NCBI GenBank assembly: GCA_951406725.2
Contig: OX597814.1
Location: forward strand, 83,328,001-83,392,000
Direction of reading: 5' to 3'
DNA from: Octopus vulgaris
Lineage: Eukaryota
DNA: 64,000 nucleotides
The number at the start of each line of letters is the position of its first letter. Position 1 is the stretch's first letter. The notes under the pieces are model-generated. The model saw only the letters and a program-made list of their open reading frames with translations. It ran no database searches and was not told where the DNA came from. Both the position numbers and the translations under genes were made by a program. Below, piece after piece: positions 24,640-36,311 of this stretch.

Positions 24640-25500
24640 TTTGTCTCTACAAGAACTATTAGAAAACATTGGAAGGCTGTCAAAAATTTCTCACCAACTG
24701 ATGGATGGTTTAACAAGTAGAAAAGGCAAGAGAATATTATGTATAAATACATTTATGGTAATAAAGGACAAGTACTGAATTTATTATTAGTTGAAGTATG
24801 AATTAAAGCATAATAGCAAAAGATTTTTGCTGAATTTCTTCTTGGAATATTTACAATGCAAACAAAGCAGGGTTTTATTTTTGTGCAATGTCTGAGCATT
24901 CTTATTTGTTTGAAGATGTAAATGCCAAAGGATTTAAATCTCGGAAAAAGTATCTGTTTATTGTGCAAATATGAAGGGACTGAAATGAAAGCTTCTAGTG
25001 ATTGGAAAAAGAATAAATCTTTGGGATGTTTTTTTTTTAAGGTGTCAAAATTCTGTCTGCTCATTATTGTTTTAATGCAAATGTACAGATGGTTACAGTT
25101 ATATTTAACAACTGATTATTTAAGTGGGATTTGAAATTAATATGAACTATTGTCTTGTTAGTTCAAAATTCTATAGCACAGAAATAAATTGTCATTAAAA
25201 AACAAAGCAATTTTCTTGCCTTCAAACTCTATGGTGTTAACTCAACCAAGTGACCAAGCAATCACACAAGCTTTAAAGGCTTATTATTGAAATAAACGTT
25301 GTACAGTAATTTTATCTGAACTCAGTGTTCAAAGTTAGTCTAACATGAAGGCAATAGTAAAATGGATTTTCTTACTTGATGTGTTGTACAACAGGCATAG
25401 AAACTCCTATAAACAAAGACTTAGAGTTTATTACAAATTCTCCATAGAATCCCAAATGATATACAAAGAGTTTGAAAATTGTTTGGTTATTGATGACAAA
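24640..25500 (+). pseudogene. Decayed Tigger/pogo-family transposase (CENP-B HTH and DDE_1 remnants)
   Basis: Fragments TDGWFNK*KRQENI (cf. SNGWLxRFKxR), KGFKS..CANMKG..KLLVIGK (cf. GGKKSK..CCNADG.EKLKPLVIGK) and FLPSNSMVLTQPSDQAITQALKAYY (cf. FLPPNTTSxxQPMDQGII.xFKAxY). Confidence 0.8.
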
Positions 25501-25839
25501 GTTAAAAAGGAAGTTACCATGATAGTGTTGAAAATATATGCTGGTGTAGATTCTAATAAAAGGATGAACCAAATCCAAAAGGTCCTCCACGTTATGCTCA
25601 GATGCAAGAAACTCTAAAATACTTCATGACAGCATGCAACATCACCTAGCAAAATTTCAAAAGCAACATTGCACACCTTTTTTTAAATAAGTCATTTTTA
25701 ACATGTTATCATAAATGAAATGAATAATAATTTCAGGTCAGTAATTATCATAATAATTTTTTATAATGTGAAGATGTTTGTAACATTGAAGATAAACTAG
25801 ATGAACCCCAGAAAATTCTATTCTATTAAATTTACATAA

Positions 25840-26570
25840 TTTGTTCTTGGCCCTTTGTTCTTTGTTTGATACATTAACAAAATAGATGCCAACTTGAAGC
25901 ATATTGCTGTGTTAAAATACACAGCATTAAACTATACCATAAAATAAAGAACAGATTTTAGATGCTACAGGTCACACCTGTAATCTAACCTGGACACAGT
26001 GCAGCAAGAAATTGCCAACTGCCAAGTGCACCACTGTGCATTCTGTGAAGAAAGACCCAAAATTTACTCACTTACTGCACAACATCAATCTTATGAAGTC
26101 TGCTGGTGAATGTGACTTTGGCATTACTCTCAATGATCTGCAATGGATGAATCACATTTCTAAAATCATCAAAAAGGCCAAAGGTGTTTTAGCACCACTC
26201 CATAAAACCTTTATCAGCTACTCACTGGCTCTTTTAAGGTAACTACAGTACTTCCACACTTAAAGCTTACATCTCTTGTCTGGACCACTTTTTGTCTAGA
26301 ATATCAATCTACTGAAAGCTGTCCAGATGAATACCCTATGTCAGTTACTATATTGTCAATATTTTGCTTCACTGTAACTTGATACACTAAAATTTCAATA
26401 TCTGATAGCTTAGTTGTTAGAAGCCCACAAGATTATCTGCCATCTTTCCAACAAGGACTTAGGCAACCTTTTTGAATTCAGTTCTTCAATGCTTATGGAA
26501 ATGCTTACAGTGCAATGCCCATGACTTTCAAAAACATTTGTTCATTCACAGAATCATTGTTGCTTTCCGT
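25840..26570 (+). pseudogene. Decayed CR1-like LINE reverse transcriptase 3' fragment
   Basis: VLGPLFFV*YIN..KLYHKI and AKCTTVH..KKDPKF..ECDFGITLNDLQWMNHISKIIKKAKGVL match the CR1-type RT C-terminal region. Confidence 0.78.
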
Positions 26571-26956
26571 CCCCTCTTTTTCTCTGTCTCAATTGTTAGA
26601 GAGCACCTGAGCACTGTACACAATTAGTTCATTATTATTTTAAATATGCATGCATAAAATGTTAACTTGTAACATTAAAATATTACAGTTCACATTTTAA
26701 ATTCAGATGTTAGCTAATTTGGCATGTTCATTTAAGCATGGGTATTTTAAAATTCTCATTTCACTTTTTTCATGTCTTTTTGTAAAAAAAAAAAGATCAA
26801 GAAAATCTCTCTAGATTTTTATGCTTTGAATATCTAAGATTCAGAATCTACAAAACATTTTCAATTTATTATTTTCAAATCAAAAACTGATTAGGGTTAA
26901 GGGATTTACATCTTTCTATGTTTTTTAACATGTGCATTTACAAATATATAAAGCAC

Positions 26957-27060
<104 letters not shown>

Positions 27061-27539
27061 TTTAGTTTCCTTTTGAAGTATATAAATATATTTTGATTGG
27101 ATTTTAAATTTTCCCTGAATGAAACAGTGCAATCCCTTTATTATTGAATATGCGTAACTTTCATTATTTTAAAAACTAATATAAAATATTTGTGTTCTTT
27201 ATCAACGTTCTTAATATATAAATACATTTAAAACATTGTATTGACATTCTTTATTAATGTGGATTTTTTTCTTTAAAAAACATACTTTATATAGTTTTAA
27301 ATTTTGAAAAAAATTAGTGGTAATAAAAATCAATGCTTAAGCAAATAAGTGTAGTTAATTTTTCATTGTTGCTAATATCTCAACAACCAATGTAAAATAA
27401 AATATAAAATAGCTTTATTAAGTTTGTAAAAATATAAATTTTAATCCAGTGAAAAAGCTAAAGAGGAAACAAAAAGCAAGATGATGGTAAAATATAAGCG
27501 CTTTCTCTAAATGAAATTGTGCTTTGTGTGTGTATAAGG

Positions 27540-28065
27540 TTCTTTCAGTTTTCATCTTCCAAATCCACTTCAAGGCTTTGGTCATCTTGAGCTATAGTGG
27601 AAAACACTTCCCTAAAGTGCCAAACAGGTACTAAATCCAAAACCATGGGGTTGGGAAACAAACTTCTAACCACATAGCCACTCCTGCACCTATAAGCTTG
27701 CCCTCTCCTATACATATATATATATATATATCTTTTATCTATTACTTGTTTCAGTAATTTGAGTGCGGCCATGCTGGGGCACCATCTTGAAGAGCTTTTA
27801 GCTGAGTGATTTTTTTTTTAAGACTGGTACTTATTCTATTGGTGTCTTTTATTGAACCACTAAGTTATGAGACTGTAAACACACCAACACCAGTTGTCAA
27901 ATAGTGGAAGGGGACAAACAGACTTAGACACACACATACGTATATAGATACAATGGGCTTCTTTCAGTTTCTGTCTAATAAATCCACTCACAAGCCTTTA
28001 ATAAGCCTGAGGCTATAATGGAAGACACTTGCCAAAGGTGCCATGTAGTGGGACTGAACCCAGGT
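27540..28065 (-). mobile_element. Two family-B SINEs on the minus strand (27540-27692 head; 27730-28065)
   Basis: Reverse complements of the family-B motifs (CTTTCAGTTT..AAATCCACT..; TTACTTGTTTCAGT.ATT). Confidence 0.88.
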
Positions 28066-28562
28066 CCAAGCTCTTCATATAACAGTATAAATTTCTTATT
28101 TTCACTCCACTATTTTATCAGTGCTTGTGGTAGCATATATAGTTATCTATTGTCAGCTCTGATTAAAGTGACATAATCTAAAGCTATCAAGACTATTTTG
28201 TCTTTGTTTTAGGGGTTTTATGTATTTTTGTTTTTCTGTTTTCAGGTGTCATGTATCTCACATTACATAATTCAGTATACTATCCGATACCATTATTGAA
28301 ACAGTAGAGTGTGATTTAAGACAATGGCTCTCAGACTGAAAAAAAACCAACTCTCACTACTGTCCTCTCCCCTCAAAAAATATATTAGTGGAATGTTTTG
28401 CTTTTCCCTCCTCTTTCAATCCTCACACCCACCTCCAACCCATGAGAAGTATTGTTTCATGGGAAATTTGACTGTTATTTCTAGCAAGTAAAGAGAACAC
28501 ATCACTGCTCATTCAATTATTTATTTGTTTTGGTTTGTTTCCTCTATATGAGGAATGAAATA

Positions 28563-29175
28563 TTTTATCTTTTACTTGTTTCAATCAGTTAGGTTATAGC
28601 CTTGCTAGGGAACCACTTTGAAGTGTTTAGTCAGCAGTTCTCAATCATTTTTTTGCTTCTGGACCCTTTCATTCCTATTTTGCTCAGTTGGACCCTCATA
28701 ACCATTCAATGTTTAAAAAAGCCTATCATATTTTTGTAACTAGATATTATTAGGAACTGTATGACATTTTGTGTACTGTAGAAGTATAACTAGTTTATCA
28801 CACATAAATTTTTGCATCAAGATCTTATGTGGACCCCCAATGATCAGATGAACCCTGGTTGAGAACCAATGGTTTAGTTGAACAAATCTACCCCAGTACT
28901 TATTTTTCTTAAGTGTAGTATTTATTTTATCAGACTCTTTTGCTAAACCAATAAGTTTACAAGGATGTAAATAAACCAGCGCCAGTTGTCAAGCAGTGGT
29001 AGGGGACAAACACAACACATATGATGCAATGGGCTTCTTTTAGTTTCCATCTACCAAATCTATTTACAAGTCTGCTAGTAGCTATGATAGAAGATATTTG
29101 TCCAAAGTTCCACAGATTGGGATTGAATCCAAGACCATATAGTTGGAAAAGCAAGCACAGCCATACCTGTGCCTA
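28563..29175 (-). mobile_element. Family-B SINE split by a hAT MITE
   Basis: SINE tail at 28563-28631; the remainder resumes at 28872. Confidence 0.85.
28632..28871. mobile_element. hAT (Charlie/MER5-like) MITE nested in a SINE
   Basis: TIR CAGCAGTTCTCAA...TTGAGAACCAATG, flanked by duplicated GTTTAGT(c/t), consistent with an 8-bp hAT TSD. Confidence 0.82.
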
Positions 29176-29914
29176 TGTTCTAATGCTTAAGATGCGTCTT
29201 CCCTTATATGGCAAGATTAGATAAGGACAAGGCTATATGGTATTGTTGATAGATAAGATGATGGTCTGCTTTAATAGTGCCAGGATTCTGATTTAATGTG
29301 TGTATGGTTTGAGTGGATATACCTGTTGTGCTGTAGAGGAAGCCCCGTGCTCATTGTGAAATGATGAAAGCAGTCATGCATATAGAGATAAAAGATTGTG
29401 GATGATAAACAAATCCTTCTGATACCCATATAGTTTGGAGTAACACATTATTATGGTGTGGTGATATTTGGTATAGGGAGGTGTGATGCAATGAAGTGTG
29501 GTGTCATTGACTAACACTTGTTCAGCTCTGCTGCAGCTGACTCTGTAAGTACAGAGGCAGTTTGATCAAAGGAAGAATTAGTCTGGAATTCTAGCCATGG
29601 CCATATACCATCTTTATTACATGATATACTACTGTAATAAATTTTAGAGTTGCAAGCATGTCAACACCATTTTATAGACAGTCAGATGTTTCCCAAAGGA
29701 GATTCCGACATGATATTGAGTAGGCCAAGTGACTATGAAGAAGTTCTTTTGTTGATTTGTGAGTTTTGGTGTGGTGAGGTATGGTATTGGATATTGTTTG
29801 GTATCATACATACATATGTATACACACACTCATGCACACACATATATTCTTATGTATACATACATATATATGCTTGTATGTGCGTAAGTATATACACATA
29901 CATATGTGTATATA

Positions 29915-29955
<41 letters not shown>

Positions 29956-30043
29956 TCATCATTGTTTAACGTCCACTTTCCATGATATATAGACATGCTC
30001 AATCTAAACTGTCCAACAAATGGGAACATGAAATTTTGAATAG

Positions 30044-30305
30044 CAGTGTTTTGTGATATTTTTGTAAAGTTTCTGCAGCTTTAATAATAATAAAGTATAT
30101 ATATATATATATATATATAAATCCATATGTGTGTGTGTGTATATATATGTATGTATATATATATATATGTATGTATGTGTATATATATATATGTATGTAT
30201 GTGTATATATATATGTATATATATGTATGTATGTGTGTGTGTGTATATATATACAGTGTTTTGTGATATTTTTGTAAAGTTTCTGCAGCTTTAATAATAA
30301 TAAAG

Positions 30306-30336
<31 letters not shown>

Positions 30337-30449
30337 CCATATGTGTGTGTGTGTATATATATGTATGTATATATATATATATGTATGTATGTGTATATAT
30401 ATATATGTATGTATGTATGTGTATATATATATGTATATATATGTATGTA

Positions 30450-30485
<36 letters not shown>
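30044..30485. repeat. 210-bp tandem duplication (unique 50 bp plus compound microsatellite)
   Basis: CAGTGTTTTGTGATATTTTTGTAAAGTTTCTGCAGCTTTAATAATAATAAAG is identical at 30044 and 30254. Confidence 0.92.
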
Positions 30486-30488
<3 letters not shown>

Positions 30489-30699
30489 TGAAGACTAAAT
30501 TATCCTGTGTTGCTTCTTTTTTTTTAAGGCAGTAAGGCATCATTTAAAGTACATTTAGTTTCTATTTCTTGCAAGCTGAGTGTCCTCATAAGAGAGTTCG
30601 TTGTTGGGTTGCATATTGTTGTGTATGGTGTAATATGTTGTGTGGTGTATTTATTGACTATTGGTTTTATAGGGATAATGCTGAACAGTTTGTGTGTGG

Positions 30700-31330
30700 G
30701 TGGGTGTTTATGTGTAAAAGTGCCTGAGTATGCGTATGTTTGTAACAACTGTTTGTCAGAGTGCCTGTCTGTGTATGTATGTGTTTCAGAAGTGGTGCAC
30801 ATATATGTTTGTCTTTATGCATGCATGTGTGTGTATTCTGTGTTTCCTATGTGTAATCTTCATAAGTGTCTGTTTGAGGCTGTGTGTGTGTATGTGTGTG
30901 TGTAATAGTAACTGAGTAGGTGTGTGCTTATCTGTAACTACTGTGTATTAGTATATGAAAGTGCCTATGTATGTGTGTGTATGTATGTGGAGAGAGTGAG
31001 TGCACACATTTGTGATGTGTGTCTTTATGCATGCATTGATGTTCTGTGTATCTTATAGTCCATATGTGTAATCTTCATGTGTCTATTTGAGGCTCTGTGT
31101 GTGTGTATGTAAAAGTACCTGAGTATGTGTATGCTTATTTGTTACTGTGTATATGAAAGTGCCTTTGCATACATATGTATGTGAAGAGAGTGGGTGCATG
31201 TGTGTGTCTTTGAGTTTGCATGTGTGTGTCTTTGAGTTTGCATGTGTGTGTTCTATGTATCTTATAGTCTGCATGTATAATCTTCATGGCGTGTGTGTGT
31301 GTTTGAAGCTGTGTGTATCTTTATTAGGCG
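30700..31330. repeat. Degenerate tandem array, about 3 units of about 213 bp, TG-rich
   Basis: TAATCTTCAT..GT.T.TTTGA(G/A)GCT recurs at about 30853, 31068 and 31278. Confidence 0.75.
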
Positions 31331-31798
31331 TATATGACTGTTTATCATAGCATTTTTATATATCTGACTCTATATGTCTATACCTTAGCTATAAATATGT
31401 TGGTGTGCCTTTGTGTGCAAGTGTGTGCTTGTATGTGTTTTGTGTGTGTGTGTGTAAATGTGTAACAGTGCAATTCAGTACTGTGTGCTCCTTACTCTTT
31501 CTTTCATGCTATGTCAGTGGTGTCAGAAGGTGTTGATGTACTGAAGGAATGAAAAAATCAATACAATCACCTTACAAAAGAAATACTCGCTTACATTTAT
31601 TTATTTTTCTTTTACTTTTTTCTTCTTATTTCAGCCTTTCAGTTCTCCTCCCTTACTTATTTTCACTTCTTCCGTTTACTTGTTTATTTCATTTAGCTCA
31701 GTTTTTTTTTCCTTCTTTTTGGATTGCTTTGATCATTTGATCATCATCTACATTATTCTTCGTGGTCATCATTATCATTGTCACTACATTTACCAAAA

Positions 31799-31853
<55 letters not shown>

Positions 31854-31908
31854 ACTGCGATTTTTTTTTTCCTCTGTCTTCCCTTCTCTAGATCTTTCCT
31901 TCTCCTAT

Positions 31909-31943
31909 GTTTCCGACGAAGAGCTCCGCTCGAAACGTTAAAC
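31909..31943 (+). ncRNA. Minimal type-I hammerhead ribozyme-like motif within a short repeat remnant
   Basis: GTTT-CCGACGA-A-GAGC tcc GCTC-GAAA-CG-TT-AAAC: core boxes (U4 replaced by C), 4-bp helix II, palindromic ACGT helix III, 4-bp helix I. Confidence 0.6.
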
Positions 31944-32139
31944 CCTCCTTCTTTCCTGAGTGTCCAATAATACTATATTTGTTCCATGTCCTCATGTTGT
32001 TGTGTTTTTTTGTGCTTCCATGTTTGGATTAACTATATAGATATATATAAAAACACACACACATATATATATATACTATATATACACACTAACACGCACA
32101 AATAGGTATCATCATCATCATCCTCATTTAGCTTCCACT

Positions 32140-32295
32140 TTCCAATTCTTTCTACTATAGCCACAAAGCCTGAAATTTTGGGGAAGTGAATAAAATAGTT
32201 ATATCAATCCTAATGGTCATCTGGTACTTATTTTTTTGCCTATGAAAGAAGGGAAGATAAGTCAACCTTGGAGAATTTGAATTTAGAATGTAACT
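32140..32295 (-). mobile_element. SINE family D fragment
   Basis: Reverse complement of the D motifs (CCTGAAATTTTGGGG..CTGGTACTTA..GTCAACCT..GAATTTGAA). Confidence 0.75.
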
Positions 32296-32300
32296 TTCCT

Positions 32301-32720
32301 TCATCATCATCATCATTTAACGTCCGCTTTCCACGCTAGCATGGTTTGGACGATTTTGACTGAGGGCTGGCGAACCAGATGGCTGCACCAGGCTCCGATC
32401 TTGATCTGGTAGAGTTTCTGCAGCTGGCTGCCCTTCCTAATGCCAACCACTCAGAGTGTCCTCATAAGAGAGTTCGTTGTTGGGTTGCATATTGATGGTG
32501 TATGGTGTAATATGTTGTGTGGTGTATTTATTGACTATTGGGTGCTTTTTGCATGCAACCATCACAGGGGCCAGTCAGGCAGTACTGGCAACAACCTCGC
32601 TCGAATCTTTTTACACATGCCCACAGCACAGGTGCCAGTAAGGCGACGCTGGTAAAGATCACACTCGGATGGTGCCTTTTATGTGCCACCGGCACGGAAG
32701 CCCGTTAGTCGCTCTGGCAA

Positions 32721-32722
<2 letters not shown>
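32301..32722 (-). mobile_element. Young family-E (RTE-tail) element carrying an 88-bp foreign insertion
   Basis: CATCATCATTTAACGTCCGCTTTCCACGCTAGCATG.. with many intact CpGs. The insert at 32454-32541 is copied from 30578-30664. Confidence 0.88.
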
Positions 32723-32781
<59 letters not shown>

Positions 32782-32782
32782 A

Positions 32783-33290
32783 GAGAAAGTCAAAAATTAT
32801 AAACACTCTTGTTTTTTCAATGTATGTCATTTTTCTATATAGTCTCCTTCCTTTTTGATGCACTTGGTCCAGCAGTCCACAAGCTTGCATATTTCTTCGA
32901 AGAAGGTGGTTTACGGTTGGTTGTGCAACCATTTATGCACCGCTTCCTTCACATCATCATCCATAGGAAATCGACAGCCTTGTAAACCATCTTTGAGTGG
33001 TCCAAAGATATGATAGTCAGAAAGGGTGAAATCTGAGCTGTAGGCAGGGTGTTCCAGCACCTCAAAACCCAATTGGTTAATGATTTCTGGGTGGCCGTGT
33101 GTGGGTGGTGTGCATTGTTATGCAGCAACAAAACTTTCTTCAACAATAGGCTTCAGCATTTGGTGCAAATTACTAGCTTTAGTTTGTTGCCCAGCAAAGT
33201 ACTGCATCTTGCACAATTGTTTGTGCATTCCTTTTCCATAGAAATTGGATCACTGCTCTTTGTTCTTCTTTGGTGCACATTGCTAGTGGA
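32783..33290 (-). pseudogene. Decayed mariner (D,D34D-type) transposase 3' half
   Basis: KKVLLLHNNA(H)HPH..LGFEVLEHPAYSSDFTLSDYHIFGPLKDGLQG.RF..DDDVKEAVHKWL..KLVDCWTKCIKKEGDYIEK* (cf. LLHDNARPH, YSPDLAPSDYHLF). Confidence 0.9.
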
Positions 33291-33864
33291 GTAGTCATCC
33301 CCCTCTCACATTTCCCGGCCTTCCCTCCTCTTTCACTTCACTCTGTCCCTTTTCTTTTTCTTTCTTTCTCATCCCTCCCTGATGATCCTCTCTCTCCTCT
33401 CCTTCCATGTGACCAGTGTTCTGCCAAGCCTGACCTTTCTTTCTTGGTTCAACTCCATGCCTTTCACTTCCACACATGCCAGCTTAATTTAATCCATCCT
33501 TAGTCAAAAGACACCTGTTGTTAATGTCCTGTTGCTGGCATTTGTATTTGTGTACCATTTCTCCGTTTCTTTCCGCCCTTGTCTTCATATATTTTCGCTG
33601 CTTTCTTTTAGCTTAGATTTTCCTTGGGGCTAGCCAGATTGGAGCAGTTTTGAGTATAACCAGCCGAAACTGCACAGATGATCTGGAACTCAACTGAGGA
33701 AAGAAAACTCCAAATGACCAGTCTTTGTTTTTCCTTGTCCCTTTCTGTATCATCTAACTGTCTGGATGTTTTGTTGCCACCTGTTGCATTCTTGTCCCAT
33801 TTTTTGTATTCTTTTTTATATACATATAGTGGCATACGTACACTTTGGTCTCTTATATGTAAGT

Positions 33865-33918
<54 letters not shown>

Positions 33919-33956
33919 ACCTCATTTCTTCTAAATTATATATACATATATATGTA

Positions 33957-34020
<64 letters not shown>

Positions 34021-34350
34021 CTCGCATATATATATACATTCTTAACAAAACTGATGGGATTTAAGGAACTTCATTCTATAAATTAATCATACGTCATATA
34101 CAAGTACTACTTTTATATCTTTGCAAATTTACACCTGTAAACTCTGAGCAAAGTATGAAGATTGAACAGTAAAAATTTTTGTTGGAAACCTCCAATTAAA
34201 GGATGAATCCACATTCAAGCTTTATACAGCTATATTACATATATAGATATATACATATATATATATTTATATACACATGTACGTATATATATACACATAT
34301 ATATATTCATATGTACATATATATGTATGTGTATATATTTATATACATAC

Positions 34351-34399
<49 letters not shown>

Positions 34400-34400
<1 letters not shown>

Positions 34401-35210
34401 AAAAAAGTAAAAGGAGTACAGTGAATTTGCTGCGAGGAGTGGAACATCCAACGTTTTGGATTCCATTCCTTCATCAGGGGCAGAGAAAAAGAGAAGAAAA
34501 GGAGAAAAAAGTCAGAGTTTACATCCTCAAGCCTGAAAAACTGGCTGCAAATGATAATGGATGCAGAATCATGCAGGCTGCTAACGTTAAACAGTAGTTA
34601 TAGGATAGTGTGTGCAGAAAGGAGAAAGAAAAGGGTGATGGGGAGAGTAGAGGTAAGTAAAAATGGGAATGTTGCAGGGAGAGTGTTGAAGGGTAAAAAA
34701 AGAATTAAGATTAGGTGAAAGGATAAAAGGAAAAACATTCATTCATACCTGTTGGGGAATAGTGCCAAGATCACATATGAGATCTTGCTCCTTTCGTTTT
34801 CTAGAGAAGGGGGATCAGTGGGGGAAGGCCATACCTCACTCTAATAAATCTGCAATAGAATGATTCACAGAGTTGAAGTGGGTGGTGACAGACTGGCTTG
34901 GTATATGAAACATTATGCTTCTGATGTGTTCGTGAAAGCAGTCTCCAGGGTGTCACCCTGTTTCTCCAATGTAAAGACCACTGCAGAGTTTGCATGCAAT
35001 GCAATATATGAGAAGTGCAACAGAAGTGGTGTGTTAGGTGATATTGCTTCTTGGGCTCTGTGATGGTGGTAATATTGTTGATGTAGGGGCATGTGTTACA
35101 ATGCCAGTAAGAACATTTAAAGGTCCCTGGTTGTGCTGTGCTGGAAGTTGTGAAGTTTCTAACAAGGAGATTTCTAAGACTCCTATCTATTTTAAAAGAC
35201 AGGAGAGGTG
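34400..35210 (-). pseudogene. Penelope-like retroelement remnant: GIY-YIG endonuclease plus 3' region, truncated by the assembly gap
   Basis: PLLSFK.DRSLRNLLVR..GTFKCSYWHCNTCPYI..HFCCTS..IYCIACKLCSGLYIGETG*HPGDCFHEH..VTTHFNSVNHS..RKRKEQDLI..LGT..GMN. Confidence 0.88.
34447..34480 (-). ncRNA. Degenerate hammerhead-like motif in the 3' region of a Penelope-like element
   Basis: Minus strand CCC-CTGATGA-A-GGA atggaa TCC-AAAA-CG-TT-GGA. GAAA is mutated to AAAA, a CpG-type change. Confidence 0.55.
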
Positions 35211-35310
35211 NNNNNNNNNNNNNNNNNNNNNNNNNNNNNNNNNNNNNNNNNNNNNNNNNNNNNNNNNNNNNNNNNNNNNNNNNNNNNNNNNNNNNNNNNN
35301 NNNNNNNNNN
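35211..35310. other. Assembly gap (100 N)
   Basis: Run of N. Confidence 1.
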
Positions 35311-35662
35311 AAATATTTAAAGAATAGTAGGGTAAAGATACAACTTGCTAAAAAATTAAAGCGAAAGCTTCATAGATCCCCAATTCTACAATAAATTCAC
35401 ACACAAGTGCTGTAATAAATATTTTAAAAAATAGGCCTACCTTCAGGATGGAATTTGAAGGTAGTCTAATACATATCCCAATATCAATTGATTTCATGCT
35501 GTGCATGAGTAAACATGCTTTGCAATCCTCAGTTGGAGACAGTATTTAACATCTATTTCTAAAATATCCATTACATCAACTTGGTGCATAGAATTGGTGG
35601 GGTTTTTTAAGCTTTCACTATAATTTTTTAGCAAGCGGTATCTTTACTGTTCTTTTCGTTAA

Positions 35663-35709
<47 letters not shown>

Positions 35710-35886
35710 TATGTGTGCATGTATATATTTGTAGATGTATGTATATGAAGAAATTATGATAAACACAAGTTTTTCTTATTAGTTCCTACATGCATTTAAC
35801 TATTATGATTGCTTGGAGCTCTGCATTGGATGTTCCAAGTGCATTTGGACAGATCATTAGGGAACACTTTATTGCATTAAGTTACT

Positions 35887-35920
<34 letters not shown>

Positions 35921-36311
35921 ATGCACACATATGCATACATATATTGTCACAAGCAGTTGTTTAGCTACTGGACATGTATTCTATCACTTGGTCAGTTGAC
36001 AGCCTATTCTTTGGTCCAAAACAGAACAAATTGGTTGCATTACAACCAAAAAAACTCTTAGCAGCATATCTATGCTGAATGAAATCTGACTGGACTTACT
36101 GTTGAGTTTGGCTTGAAATTCTAAGAATATTTACTGACTATGACATGACTGGCATCTAAAGCGATATTGTGACTACATCAACCAAAATAACAACAGCAGC
36201 CCAAATATGTCAATATTTAATAATAGTTCCTCATCTCAGAAATTCAGATAAAATTTATCTAGATGTTGTTGTTTTTTACTATATTATTTATATACACACA
36301 TACATACATAC

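Noticed and set aside
28225-28270. Strong acceptor TTTTTCTGTTTTCAG|GTG
   Set aside because: Lies within an interspersed repeat, stops follow soon, and there is no clear donor.
35038-35394. ORFs spanning the N run
   Set aside because: Artefact of the assembly gap; antisense to the Penelope remnant.
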